DNA from: Alphaproteobacteria bacterium
GTDB taxonomy: Bacteria > Pseudomonadota > Alphaproteobacteria > UBA828
DNA length: 64,000 nt
Assembly: GCA_965214705.1 (NCBI GenBank)
Contig: OZ243972.1
Span: 1,280,001-1,344,000 of the forward strand
Reading direction: 5' to 3'
Both the position numbers and the translations under genes were made by a program. The notes below the pieces were generated by a model. It saw nothing but the letters and a program-made list of their open reading frames with translations. It had not been told where the DNA came from and did not search any database. Positions 9,611 to 18,774 of this stretch are shown here, in pieces; the stretch's first letter is position 1; the number at the start of each line of letters is the position of its first letter.

Positions 9611-10595
9611 GGCCGTCTCCCACCCGAGGGTCTCGGGGCCGAGGCTCTCCGGCACGAGTGTCTCCCACCCTGAGGGTGTCCTTGAGCCAGGCGCCGACGT
9701 CGTCGATGTCGCCGATCCGGCGTCCGACCGTGCCGTCCCTGCCGCGCCAGGCGATGAGCGGCACGCCGCTCGCGCCCCATCGGTCGAGCAGCGCGTTGTT
9801 GCGGGCGATCCGTTCCGCGCCGGTCTCCGGCCCGAGGGTCTCCGGCACGAAAGTCTCCGGCCCGAGTGTCCGGTCGGCCGTGCCGCCGCCCTCGAACCAT
9901 GCTCGGGCCGGGTCGGGGTGTGCCGCGATCGCCACCGCGCGGCGCGCGGCGTCCGCGCCGAGTACCGCCACCGGCACGACGCGGAGCTGCAGCCGTCCTT
10001 CAAGCGCCGCCCGGCCGAGCCTCGCCGCCGCCGAGCGGGACCACGAACAAGTCGCATCGCCCAGCAGAACGACCACGGGTCCGCGTGTGCCGAGGGTGAA
10101 TCCGAAGGCCGATGCGGAGCGCTCGAACAGCCCTGACAGAGAGACTGCCGGAGAGAGGCTGCCCGAGCTCTCGATCTCGGCATGCGCGCTAAGCGCCGCC
10201 GCACCGGATCTCTCCGCCGCGCCCCTGTCGACCCTGCGCCCGGCATCGACAGCGGGGCGGGCCGCCGCGAGCTGAGCGCCGGTGATCTCCGTCCCGTCCG
10301 GTCCGTAGAGCAGGCCCGCGACCGCGTGGCCGTCCCCGGTGACGTAGAGGCCGTAGCCGGTGCCCACCGCCGGCGTGACGAAGTAGCCGTCGAGCCCGCC
10401 GCGCGAACCGAGCGCGAGAACCTCCGCGCCGTTGGCGCGCAGCGCCGAGACCAGACCCTCGGGCCGGAGACCCTCGGGCCGGAGACCCTCGGGCCGGAGA
10501 CCCTCGGCCTCGCCCCCGGCCGCGACCGCCTTTCCCGCCGCCACCGACGCGGCCAGGAAACCAGCCAACAAGATATGTCTGAGCCGGTCCTTCAT
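9603..10595 (-). CDS. DsbC/DsbG-like periplasmic thioredoxin-fold protein (CxxS)
   Basis: YVTGDGHAVAGLLYGPDG N-terminal domain, DATCSWS site, PVAVL, GVP cis-Pro loop. Confidence 0.75.
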   Translation of the reverse strand: MKDRLRHILLAGFLAASVAAGKAVAAGGEAEGLRPEGLRPEGLRPEGLVSALRANGAEVLALGSRGGLDGYFVTPAVGTGYGLYVTGDGHAVAGLLYGPDGTEITGAQLAAARPAVDAGRRVDRGAAERSGAAALSAHAEIESSGSLSPAVSLSGLFERSASAFGFTLGTRGPVVVLLGDATCSWSRSAAARLGRAALEGRLQLRVVPVAVLGADAARRAVAIAAHPDPARAWFEGGGTADRTLGPETFVPETLGPETGAERIARNNALLDRWGASGVPLIAWRGRDGTVGRRIGDIDDVGAWLKDTLRVGDTRAGEPRPRDPRVGDGHE

Positions 10596-11098
10596 GGCTT
10601 GCCTCCTCCTTCCGCCGGAGCCGGCAGCCGGTGGGTCACGACCAGCGCCGTCCCGCCCTCGGACCGTGCTGCCGCCGGCGCATGCGGCAGATGCGACAGG
10701 CCCCGGAACAACGCCTGCACCGCGTCCATGAACCCGCCCTCGAAGGCGGCCGCTCCGTCCAGGCGCCAGCCGCGGTCGGTCAGGAACAGCACCTCCACGT
10801 CGGCCCGAACGCCCCAGCGCGCCAGCACCTCGCGCAGCCTCTCTCCGGCATGCACACGCCAGACACTCGTGCCGGAGACACTCGTGCCAGAGACACTCGT
10901 GCCGGAGACATCCCGGCCGGGAACGGGGGCGGGCTCGATGTCCGCCGCGGCGGCGCCTGTGCTCCCGTCCCGTGCGTCCGCCTGGCGCGCTGGCACCTCC
11001 GCCTGCGCGGCGTCCGTCTCCGGCGGCACGTAGCGGAACCCGGCCGAGGCCGGCGCCGCCGACACCGCGAGAAGCAGAACCGTGAGTGCCGCCCCCAT
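10592..11098 (-). CDS. TcpQ/PilL-like domain protein
   Basis: WRVHAGERLREVLARW...FEGGFMDAVQALF. Confidence 0.7.
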   Translation of the reverse strand: MGAALTVLLLAVSAAPASAGFRYVPPETDAAQAEVPARQADARDGSTGAAAADIEPAPVPGRDVSGTSVSGTSVSGTSVWRVHAGERLREVLARWGVRADVEVLFLTDRGWRLDGAAAFEGGFMDAVQALFRGLSHLPHAPAAARSEGGTALVVTHRLPAPAEGGGKP

Positions 11099-11502
11099 CA
11101 CCCGAAGTCGGTGAAGCGGCGCAGGCGCGAGGCGTGGAGCGCCCGGCGGCGCCCGGCGCTCAAGCCGCGCAGCGCCCGCACGGCGGCGCGGAATCGGTAG
11201 CCCCGCGCTTCCGCCGCCCGGCAGCCCAGCATCGCCGCGACGACCGCCGCCGTCGTCCACCAGGTCGGCAGGAACAGCCACGGCACCGCCAAAACCAGCA
11301 GGCGGGCGTCGAAGACCCACGCCCTTACCGGGCGCATCGAATCCCGCCACGCCACAGGGGACCCTCGGGCCGGAGAACTCCCTGGTCCAGGGGACCCTCG
11401 GGCCGGAAAACTCCCTGGTACAGGGGACCCTCGGGCCGGAGAACTCCCTGGTACAGGGGACCCTCGGGCCGGAGAACTCCCTGGCACCTCGTTCGTCTTC
11501 AT
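11098..11502 (-). CDS. icmT: IcmT/TraK with repeat-expanded N-terminus
   Basis: WRDSMRPVRAWVFDAR...PTWWT signature. Confidence 0.8.
   Translation of the reverse strand: MKTNEVPGSSPARGSPVPGSSPARGSPVPGSFPARGSPGPGSSPARGSPVAWRDSMRPVRAWVFDARLLVLAVPWLFLPTWWTTAAVVAAMLGCRAAEARGYRFRAAVRALRGLSAGRRRALHASRLRRFTDFG
11355..11486. repeat. Four tandem 33-bp repeats CAGGGGACCCTCGGGCCGGAGAACTCCCTGGTA
   Basis: Units start at 11355, 11388, 11421, 11454. Confidence 0.95.
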
Positions 11503-11517
11503 GCCGCTCTCCCTTTC

Positions 11518-12696
11518 TCATGCCCTGCTGCTCCCTCCGGCCTTGTCTGCTGCCACCCCGGCCCTCTCGTTGCCGGCGAGGATCCGCCTGAGCCCGTCCT
11601 CCGCGATCAGCCCCCGGTCGCGCGCCTTCCTGGCGGCCGCCGCGAGATCGTTGCCGGTGGCAGCCAACGCCGTGCCGATCGTCGCGGGCCATGTGGCCTG
11701 CGGGCTCTCCAGAAGCGCCGCCTTGAGGTGGGCGTCGAAGGCGAGCCACTCGCGAACGGCCGTGCGCCCGCCTTGCGGATTGGGCAGCAGCACCTGGGTC
11801 ACCACGAGAGTCATGGCGTCGATCAGCGCCGCGCCACGTTCGGCCCGCTCGTGTGCGGGGAACTCCGCCAGCATGCGCCGCACCGTCGCCGCCACCCCGA
11901 TGGTGTGGGCGGTGGAGAACACGGCAATGCCGCAGTCGGCCGCCCGCACCACGGCCTCGACCGTCTCCCGGTCGCGCGCCTCGCCCACGATCACGGCCGC
12001 GGGGCGGCGCCTCAGGCTCGACCTGAGTCCGTCGCCGAAACTCGGGAAGTGGCGGGGGATCTCGGCCGAGGACATCAGCGCGGTGTCCGTGGCGATTCCG
12101 TCGAAGACGTACTCGATCGGCGCCTCGTAGGACTGAATGCGCCCGGCGCCCCGCTCCAGCAGACGCCGCGTGCCGGCGGCGAGCAGGGTGGACTTGCCCG
12201 ATCCCGGCACGCCGGTGACCAGGGTGAGCCCCCTGCAGAGGTCCCACGAGCGCACGATCTCGTCCTCGATGCCGAGATCGCCGAAACTGGGCGGCCTGCC
12301 GGGCAGCACGCGAAGCGTGATGTTGACCGCGAACCCGGCCGCGCCCTGGACGGGCGCGAGGTTGCAGCGGAAGCGCTGCGAGAGGCCACGCGCCAGCCGG
12401 ATCGAGTGGGAGCAGTCGATGGCGCGGCCCGAGCGCAGGATGCCCTCGCCGGTGGCGTCGTAGAGGCGGTTGCAGAGCGCCCCCATGACCACGCCGTCCA
12501 GCGGCGCGGCGGTGACGCGCGAAAGCCGTCCATCGATCTCGAGGAAGGCGGGCGAGCCGGTCTGGAAGGCGATGTCGGAGGCGCCGCGGTCCGAAGCCCA
12601 CAAGAGGAAGCTGTCCAGCCCCTCGGCCGGGAAGCCGTGCGCGGCTTCCGGCCACCAGGCCGTCCGGTCGCTCTGCGCGTCGGGCCACGGCCTCAT
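11518..12696 (-). CDS. dotB: DotB/TraJ PilT-like ATPase
   Basis: ASDI, Walker A GVPGSGKST, YEAPIEY, IVGEARDRET. Confidence 0.9.
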   Translation of the reverse strand: MRPWPDAQSDRTAWWPEAAHGFPAEGLDSFLLWASDRGASDIAFQTGSPAFLEIDGRLSRVTAAPLDGVVMGALCNRLYDATGEGILRSGRAIDCSHSIRLARGLSQRFRCNLAPVQGAAGFAVNITLRVLPGRPPSFGDLGIEDEIVRSWDLCRGLTLVTGVPGSGKSTLLAAGTRRLLERGAGRIQSYEAPIEYVFDGIATDTALMSSAEIPRHFPSFGDGLRSSLRRRPAAVIVGEARDRETVEAVVRAADCGIAVFSTAHTIGVAATVRRMLAEFPAHERAERGAALIDAMTLVVTQVLLPNPQGGRTAVREWLAFDAHLKAALLESPQATWPATIGTALAATGNDLAAAARKARDRGLIAEDGLRRILAGNERAGVAADKAGGSSRA

Positions 12697-13523
12697 CGGG
12701 CGCCTCCCGCCGGCGGCGCCCAGCGCCGGGCATCGAGTTCGAACCGCGCCGGACCGACGATGCGCACGGTCGCCGTGCCGATCCGCATCAGGCTCTCGTG
12801 GCCCGAAACCCCGGACCGCTCGATCTCGATGCCGGGCGCGGTGACCCTGGCGGCGCGGCGGAGCCGGTGCCAGAGAATGACGCCCTCGAAGGTGCGGCTG
12901 AGGCGGTCGAGATCGGCGGCGAAGATGTCGTCGGCAAGCGCGCGCCCTTGCGCCCAGCCATCGGCCAGCAGGCGGCGCCAGCGGGCGTCCTCGCCGCGAT
13001 CGCGCGGGAACAGGACTGAAGCCGGCGGCTCGGCCGGCTGCCACGCACGCCGCAGCCAGTCGCGCCAGTCGGGCGCCGCACTCACCAGCCGGGCCGGCTC
13101 GACGATCCTGAGCATCCTCTCGGCGCTCGCCGCTTTCACCCCGGCCCGTTCCAGCCGGAAGGCCCGGCGGGTCTCGGCCACGACCGGCGGCAGCACCGTG
13201 AACCCGTCCTGGCGCAGCGCCAGGTCTCCGAAGCGGTAGATGGCGCCGAGCCTCGCGGCATGCCGGTCCAGCATCGCCTCGATCTCCCAGGCGCGGCGGG
13301 CCAGCCCCGCGCGCGAGCCGAACCCCAGTGCGGCAAGCCGCACGGCGGTCGCACGCTTCTCGGCGGCGAAGGAGATCTCGGGTCCGGCCTCCGGCACGAA
13401 TTCCTGAAGCGACGCGAGGTCCATGGGCTCCGCTGTTGCTGCGCCGGCGGCCGGAACCGGGGCGGCCAGAACTGCGATGGGCACGAAGACCGCCGCGGCA
13501 ATGAGCGAAGGGCGCCCCCGCAT
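12693..13523 (-). CDS. dotC: DotC/TraI
   Basis: ALGFGSRAGLA, IYRF, VLPPVV, APDWRDWL, VLFPR. Confidence 0.88.
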   Translation of the reverse strand: MRGRPSLIAAAVFVPIAVLAAPVPAAGAATAEPMDLASLQEFVPEAGPEISFAAEKRATAVRLAALGFGSRAGLARRAWEIEAMLDRHAARLGAIYRFGDLALRQDGFTVLPPVVAETRRAFRLERAGVKAASAERMLRIVEPARLVSAAPDWRDWLRRAWQPAEPPASVLFPRDRGEDARWRRLLADGWAQGRALADDIFAADLDRLSRTFEGVILWHRLRRAARVTAPGIEIERSGVSGHESLMRIGTATVRIVGPARFELDARRWAPPAGGAR

Positions 13524-14038
13524 CACCCGTCCTCCCCGGGCGCCGGCACGGCTTCGGGTGCGGCCCAGTCGAGAAGGATCGTTTCGCGGGCAGCGTCCAC
13601 CGTGAGCGTCGCGGCTGTGCCGGCGCGGAGCCCGGCGTCCCGCAGGACGGCGATCAGCGGCTTCCCGTCCGCCTCGACGGCGACGATCAGCGGCCGCGCC
13701 GGCGGGCGCCCGGCCACGAGAAAGCGGTAGCCCGCGCGGCGCGCCAGCGCCGCCGCCAGCGTCTCGAGCGGCCCGGCCCAGTCGAGCGTCACCGGCCGGC
13801 GCAGGGCCTCCGGCACGCTGTCGAGGCCGGGCAGTGCGGCCTCCGGGTCCGGCGCGGGCAGCGTCCGGGCGAGCGAGGCCAGCGCGCGCTCCGCGCGTTC
13901 CGCCGCCTCGACGAGACGCATCTCCGCCGGATCGACCGGCAGGGCCGCCGGCGCGGGCAGGGGCGCTTCCGGCGCCCACATGCAGCCCGCGAGCGCGGCC
14001 GCGCACAACGCCGGCGGCATCGCGGCGAGCAGCCTCAC
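13523..14038 (-). CDS. dotD: DotD/TraH lipoprotein
   Basis: Lipobox LAGC, VTLDWAGPLE...GYRF...LRDAGL. Confidence 0.88.
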   Translation of the reverse strand: MRLLAAMPPALCAAALAGCMWAPEAPLPAPAALPVDPAEMRLVEAAERAERALASLARTLPAPDPEAALPGLDSVPEALRRPVTLDWAGPLETLAAALARRAGYRFLVAGRPPARPLIVAVEADGKPLIAVLRDAGLRAGTAATLTVDAARETILLDWAAPEAVPAPGEDG

Positions 14039-15348
14039 CAGCCGGCTCCGCCGGGGTCGTCCACCACCAGGTGGCGGTTCGCCGGGTAGGCTCGGGCCGA
14101 GAGCGTCCGGCGCGTCGCAGGACCGCTCAGCAGCAGGTCGGCGGCCTCCAGGAAGCCGCCCTCGAAGCGCGCCGCCGCGCCCAGGCCGTAGTCGCGCCCC
14201 GCGTTCCAGACCAGCGTCCAGCCCGCGCCGGCCGCCCAGCTTTCCAGCACGCCGCGCAGCGTCCCGTGCTTCTCCGGATCGACGGTCCAGCTCTCGCCGC
14301 CCGTGTCGGGCTCGCCGGCGGCAGGCTCATCGCCCGCGCCCTCTTGCGTGCCCGTCCTCTCGATGTCGGCACCGGCCGCCGGGCTGCGCTGCGCGAGGTC
14401 CCAGTAGCGGTGGAAGACCACGGCGCCGTCCTCAGGCACGAGTGTCTCCGGCCCCAGGGTCTCCGGCACGAGGGTCTCCCAGGACCAGTCGTAGCCGCTG
14501 AGCGAGGCGACGCGGTCCAGCAGCCCGGACAGCGGTCCCTGCCAGGCGAGGCGAAGCGGCGGGGGATCGTCGAGGACCGCGGCGCCGCCGGCGATGCGGG
14601 CCGGCCGCTCCTCGATCCGCATCTCGATGTCCGCGAGCGAAGACAGACGCCTCACCAGCGCCGGGAAGGGCAGGCTCTCGCCCCCTTCGAACGAGACCTC
14701 CCGTGCCCCGAGGGCGGGAGGCAAGGCCACCGGCACGGGCGCCAGCTCGGTCGCCCGAAGCGGTGCCGGTTCCCCGCTGCCGGGGACGGCCGGCCGGGGA
14801 ACGGCCGTCACGTCCCGCGCGTCCGCGGTCCGAGGGTCACCGGCACGAGTGTCCCCCGCCAGGGCGACCCCGAAGTTCATGCAGAGGAACACCGCGGCGG
14901 CGCCCGCGCACATGCCCGGACCGAGCGGCACCAGGCCCTTGCGGAAGGGCCGGCCGCGCTTCTTCTGCATGCAGTATCGGTGAGCGAGCGCGAAGCCGGA
15001 GCCCAGCAGCATGGACCAGGCGAGGCCCGTGACGCCGAGCAGGAAACCCATAGCCCCCAGCATCATCGCGTCGCCCGGATAGAGCGGCCAGCGCTTGCCG
15101 CACCACTGCGCCAGCGCGATCGGCACCATCGCGGCGGCCACGCCCAGCGACGCCCCGAGCACGGCGCTCACCAGTCGCGGCCAGGCGCCGCCGGACTCGG
15201 TCCCCGCGCTTCCCAGGAAGCGCCACGCGGCGGCCGCGCCGAGCAACGCCAGCACCATGCGCGGATCCACCATGGCGCGGCGCGCGTCATGGACGGCGAT
15301 TGCCGCCATCGCCGCGAGCACGGCGCCTGCGAGTATCGCGTCGGTCAT
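14035..15348 (-). CDS. Prepilin peptidase (A24, PilU-like) fused to TcpQ-like periplasmic domains
   Basis: AVHD and GD aspartates, VPLGP; C-terminal TLRGVLESWAAGAGWTLVW...DY...FEGGF. Confidence 0.75.
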   Translation of the reverse strand: MTDAILAGAVLAAMAAIAVHDARRAMVDPRMVLALLGAAAAWRFLGSAGTESGGAWPRLVSAVLGASLGVAAAMVPIALAQWCGKRWPLYPGDAMMLGAMGFLLGVTGLAWSMLLGSGFALAHRYCMQKKRGRPFRKGLVPLGPGMCAGAAAVFLCMNFGVALAGDTRAGDPRTADARDVTAVPRPAVPGSGEPAPLRATELAPVPVALPPALGAREVSFEGGESLPFPALVRRLSSLADIEMRIEERPARIAGGAAVLDDPPPLRLAWQGPLSGLLDRVASLSGYDWSWETLVPETLGPETLVPEDGAVVFHRYWDLAQRSPAAGADIERTGTQEGAGDEPAAGEPDTGGESWTVDPEKHGTLRGVLESWAAGAGWTLVWNAGRDYGLGAAARFEGGFLEAADLLLSGPATRRTLSARAYPANRHLVVDDPGGAGW

Positions 15349-15740
15349 GGCTGCACCTCTTCCGCCTGCTCGTCATCCGCCTCGGCCGCCTCCCCGAAGG
15401 TCGCGGGTAGCGCCCGGCACCAAGGCTTCACGGCCGGATCGACGCAGAGCTCCGCAGCCAGCACGGCAGGCCCGGCAGCGCCTTCGGCGCGCTCGCGGTT
15501 CCACGCCAGCAGCGCCGCCTGGGCCTGGCCGAGCCCCCGCAACAGGCGGATCTCCGCGCGCAGCCGTTCCAATTCGATGAACGCCCGCTCGCTGTCCCAG
15601 GCTTCGCCGCGACTCACCGAACTCTCGCTCTCGCCCCAGACCGGCAGCGGCCGTCCAACAACCGCCAACGCGGCAATCAGCCCGATCGCCAGAACCCGGC
15701 CCGCGACTCCCTTCACCGGCTTTTTCCGTGCCATGCTCAT
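15345..15740 (-). CDS. Small exported hypothetical protein
   Basis: TGATG-coupled start, signal peptide, LCVDPAVKPWC. Confidence 0.55.
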   Translation of the reverse strand: MSMARKKPVKGVAGRVLAIGLIAALAVVGRPLPVWGESESSVSRGEAWDSERAFIELERLRAEIRLLRGLGQAQAALLAWNRERAEGAAGPAVLAAELCVDPAVKPWCRALPATFGEAAEADDEQAEEVQP

Positions 15741-16906
15741 CACCGGCACCCCTGGCAGCGCCCGACGACGAGCCGGGAGAAGCCTGCGTTGTCGGCGTCG
15801 AGCCGCGTCCCCGCCCGGACCCGCGTGGCCGTGACGGAGGCGGCCGAGACCGAGTCCGCCGTCACCGCGGGCGCGGTCACCGACCCGGCATCGAGGCCGC
15901 CCAGCCGGGCCGTGCCGGCGGCGACGGCGCCTGCCGCCCCGATCGAGCCCGCTTCGACCGGCCCCGCCGCCTCGACCGTTTGAGCGCGCACGGCGCCCGT
16001 GACCGTCATTCCGCCGGCGGTGACCGGACCTTCGATCCGTCCGGCCCCTGCCGCGATCTCCCCGGCCGCCTCCACATTGCCGGCCACCCGCAGCGCCCGG
16101 CCCACCAGCAGGTCGCCGGTCACGGCGAGGTCGCCGCCGGCCTCCAGGTCGGTCTCGACCTCCAGCGCCGCCGCCTCGATGGTGCCGGCGCCCTCGATGG
16201 CGTTTCCCCCCATGTCGAGGTCCGCCTCCATCCGGTTGGCCTCCGCGAAGCCGGGAATGGCCACCCGGTAGAGCGCATCGCCGAAGACGCTCGAGTGGTC
16301 GAAGCGCCGCAGCGTGGCGAGAGCGCCCTCCGCCGGGGCGCCCGCGAAGGCCGCGCGGAAGGCGCCCACGTCGGCGTCCACCGCTGGACCCGAGAGCCGG
16401 GACGGGCCGGCCAGCCCCATCCGGGGACCCGCCGCCTCCAGCAGCGCCGCGGCCGGGCGCACCGTGTCTCCGGCCCCCACCGTCTCCGTGATGAGCAGGT
16501 CGAAGGCGTCGGAGCCGGCCGCGAGCACCAGCACCCGGTAGCCGCGCCCGAGCGCATCGGTCTCGGAGAATTCGGCGGTCAGCGAGCCGTCGGACTTGAG
16601 CGCCGCGAGCGTGAGTTCGGAAGGACCGCCCCGCGCCTGCGCCAGCAGGGCCGGGAAGCGGCTGTGCGCGTACGAAGACGCCGCCTCGGCGAGCACCGCG
16701 AGCTGCATCGCGGCCAGATGCCCGCGTTTCTCCAGCGCCCGGGTCTCGAAGAAGACCGAGGCCCCGAGCACCAGCATGCCCAGCAGCCCCAGCGCCAGCA
16801 GCGCCCCGAAGAGACTCAGTCCGCGACTCGGTCCGCGACCGAGCCGCAGCCGCAGTCTCCGGCTGGAAGCGCGGCGGCTGCGTATTCCTGGCAGGGTGCA
16901 TCTCAT
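15740..16906 (-). CDS. pilV: PilV-like minor pilin/adhesin, copy 2
   Basis: G|LSLFGALL N-terminus, LYRVAIPGFAEANRMEADLDMGGNAI constant-region motif. Confidence 0.75.
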   Translation of the reverse strand: MRCTLPGIRSRRASSRRLRLRLGRGPSRGLSLFGALLALGLLGMLVLGASVFFETRALEKRGHLAAMQLAVLAEAASSYAHSRFPALLAQARGGPSELTLAALKSDGSLTAEFSETDALGRGYRVLVLAAGSDAFDLLITETVGAGDTVRPAAALLEAAGPRMGLAGPSRLSGPAVDADVGAFRAAFAGAPAEGALATLRRFDHSSVFGDALYRVAIPGFAEANRMEADLDMGGNAIEGAGTIEAAALEVETDLEAGGDLAVTGDLLVGRALRVAGNVEAAGEIAAGAGRIEGPVTAGGMTVTGAVRAQTVEAAGPVEAGSIGAAGAVAAGTARLGGLDAGSVTAPAVTADSVSAASVTATRVRAGTRLDADNAGFSRLVVGRCQGCR

Positions 16907-16913
16907 GCCTGCC

Positions 16914-18119
16914 TCACTCACCTTCGCAGCCGGCGCAGGTGCCGACGGTGAGCAGTCCGGAGATCGTCGCATCGGGACCGTAGACGCCGCCCGCCGCCGT
17001 CCGCGACCCGCTCAGCGCCCCGGCGACGCTCAGCGTCTCGCCGGCCAGCCCCCGCGCCGCTGCGGCGCCCTGGACCGAGGCCGCGCCCGCGACAGACAGC
17101 GCCGCGGCGTCGAGTGACCCCGCCGTGTGCAGTGCGCCGGCCTCGAGTTTCCCCGTGGCGTTCACCCGGTCCGCTATGAGCCGTTCTGTGAGCGCCGCGC
17201 CCACCACGATCTCGGCGCTGACCGCAAGTCGCTGCGCCGCGAGCTCGCCGGCCTCGACGGTCTCGGCCGTCACGCCATGCGCCTCGGCTTCGCCTCCGAT
17301 ATCTGCCATGCCGCCGACCGCGATATCCGTCCCGATCTCCGCCGCCTCCGCGCCCACCTCGCCGGCGGCCAGCACGTGCCGCCGCGCCGGGTCGGCCGGG
17401 TCCGCCGCCCCGGGCGGAGCCATGCGGAGCGCCGTTTCCATACGGTTGAGCCAGGGCCGGCCCGGCTGGGCGCGGCGGTAGAGCGCGCGCTCCCGGTAGC
17501 GAAGCCCGAGGTCGGCGGTGACCCAGAGCGCGTCCTCGGCCATCGCGCGGCCCATGGCGGCCTCGATGGCCGGCCGGTGCGCCTCCATGAGAGGGCCGCC
17601 GCCCGGCGCGAGCGCGGCCAGCCCGCCTTCCAGGGCGCCCTCGCGGAGCGCCGTGGGCCGGGATGAAGGCGATGGTTCGAGGACGCCGAAGGCCATCGGC
17701 ACCGGGGAATGCCCCGGTACGCCGCTCCCCATACCGTCTGCGATCACGCCCAGCGTCATCGCGGCATGGCGGCCCGGCCGCTCCCGCAGGTCCGGCGGGG
17801 CAGCGCCCAGCGTGCGCAGCCGGGCCACGGTGAGCAGAACGCCCACCTGCATCTCGAGCGCCGCCTCGAACGCGTCCGCGTGGAGCTGCGTCGCCCGGTG
17901 CGCCGCATGCACCCACGCGCCGAACACCCGGCCGGCGGCGCGGTCCAGCGCCGGCAGACGTTCGGCATCGCGCGCCTCGTAGTGCGCCGCGAGCGCAGCG
18001 CCCGCCAGCGAGGCCAGCAGCAGCACGCCCAGAAGCGCGCCCGCGCCCAGCAGGCGCCTCGGCGCCGGGGTCCGCAGTCCGGTCCGGTTCGCCGGGCCGG
18101 TCATGCCGGGCGCATTCAT
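16914..18119 (-). CDS. PilV-like minor pilin/adhesin, copy 1
   Basis: Hydrophobic N-terminus, LYRRAQPGRPWLNRMETAL motif. Confidence 0.65.
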   Translation of the reverse strand: MNAPGMTGPANRTGLRTPAPRRLLGAGALLGVLLLASLAGAALAAHYEARDAERLPALDRAAGRVFGAWVHAAHRATQLHADAFEAALEMQVGVLLTVARLRTLGAAPPDLRERPGRHAAMTLGVIADGMGSGVPGHSPVPMAFGVLEPSPSSRPTALREGALEGGLAALAPGGGPLMEAHRPAIEAAMGRAMAEDALWVTADLGLRYRERALYRRAQPGRPWLNRMETALRMAPPGAADPADPARRHVLAAGEVGAEAAEIGTDIAVGGMADIGGEAEAHGVTAETVEAGELAAQRLAVSAEIVVGAALTERLIADRVNATGKLEAGALHTAGSLDAAALSVAGAASVQGAAAARGLAGETLSVAGALSGSRTAAGGVYGPDATISGLLTVGTCAGCEGE

Positions 18120-18754
18120 CCGAAGGTGAACCCGATGTCGTTGGCCGCATCGCCGTCGTCGCAGTTGGCGGTCACCTGCGCGTTGGTCACCGGCGAGGCC
18201 AGCGCGGTGCCGTTGACCGTCATCGAGATCAGGCCGGCGCGGGCGCGGCTGCGCCCGGCGAAGGCGTCGCCCAGCGCCGCGCAGATGGCGTCGTCCACGT
18301 CCTCGAAGGTGATCCGGAAGCGGTTGGTGACCCCGCCCGGCCCGCCGACCACCGTCACGGCGCCGCCGAAGGGGTGGCGGATCGCCGCGCTGTTGTTGAC
18401 CAGAACCCGCGCCCCGCCGGGGATGCCGCCGCGCCGGTCGATGGCGGGCACCAGGTCGGCGTTGTTGCCGTAGCTCGGCGCCCCGGCGAAGGCCGCCTCG
18501 ACGTTGGCGCGGAGCTGGCTCAGCAGCGTGAGCGCCGCCGAGCGGTTGGCGGACTCGCGGGCCGCGTTGTAGGTGCCGACGGCGCCGACGATCACCACGG
18601 CGGCCAATCCGAGGCCGAGCAGCACGCCGAACAGGCTGAAGCCGCGCCGATAGCGCCTCGCGGCGAGCCGCCGCATGGTTCTGCGGACGCCCTGGCGCGC
18701 CGCGCCGGAACGGGGGAGCGGGGCTGCGGGGACTGAAGCTTCGGTTCCTCTCAT
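18116..18754 (-). CDS. pilS: Type IVb major pilin PilS-like
   Basis: Long basic leader, G|FSLFGVLL, HPFGGAVTV, FRITF...C...C. Confidence 0.82.
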   Translation of the reverse strand: MRGTEASVPAAPLPRSGAARQGVRRTMRRLAARRYRRGFSLFGVLLGLGLAAVVIVGAVGTYNAARESANRSAALTLLSQLRANVEAAFAGAPSYGNNADLVPAIDRRGGIPGGARVLVNNSAAIRHPFGGAVTVVGGPGGVTNRFRITFEDVDDAICAALGDAFAGRSRARAGLISMTVNGTALASPVTNAQVTANCDDGDAANDIGFTFG

Positions 18755-18774
18755 GTCGTCTCCTGTGGCGTACG

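Noticed and set aside
11355-11486. 33-bp repeats as a CRISPR array
   Set aside because: Directly tandem, no spacers, no cas genes
15740-18119. Shufflon
   Set aside because: No rci recombinase, sfx repeats or inverted cassettes seen
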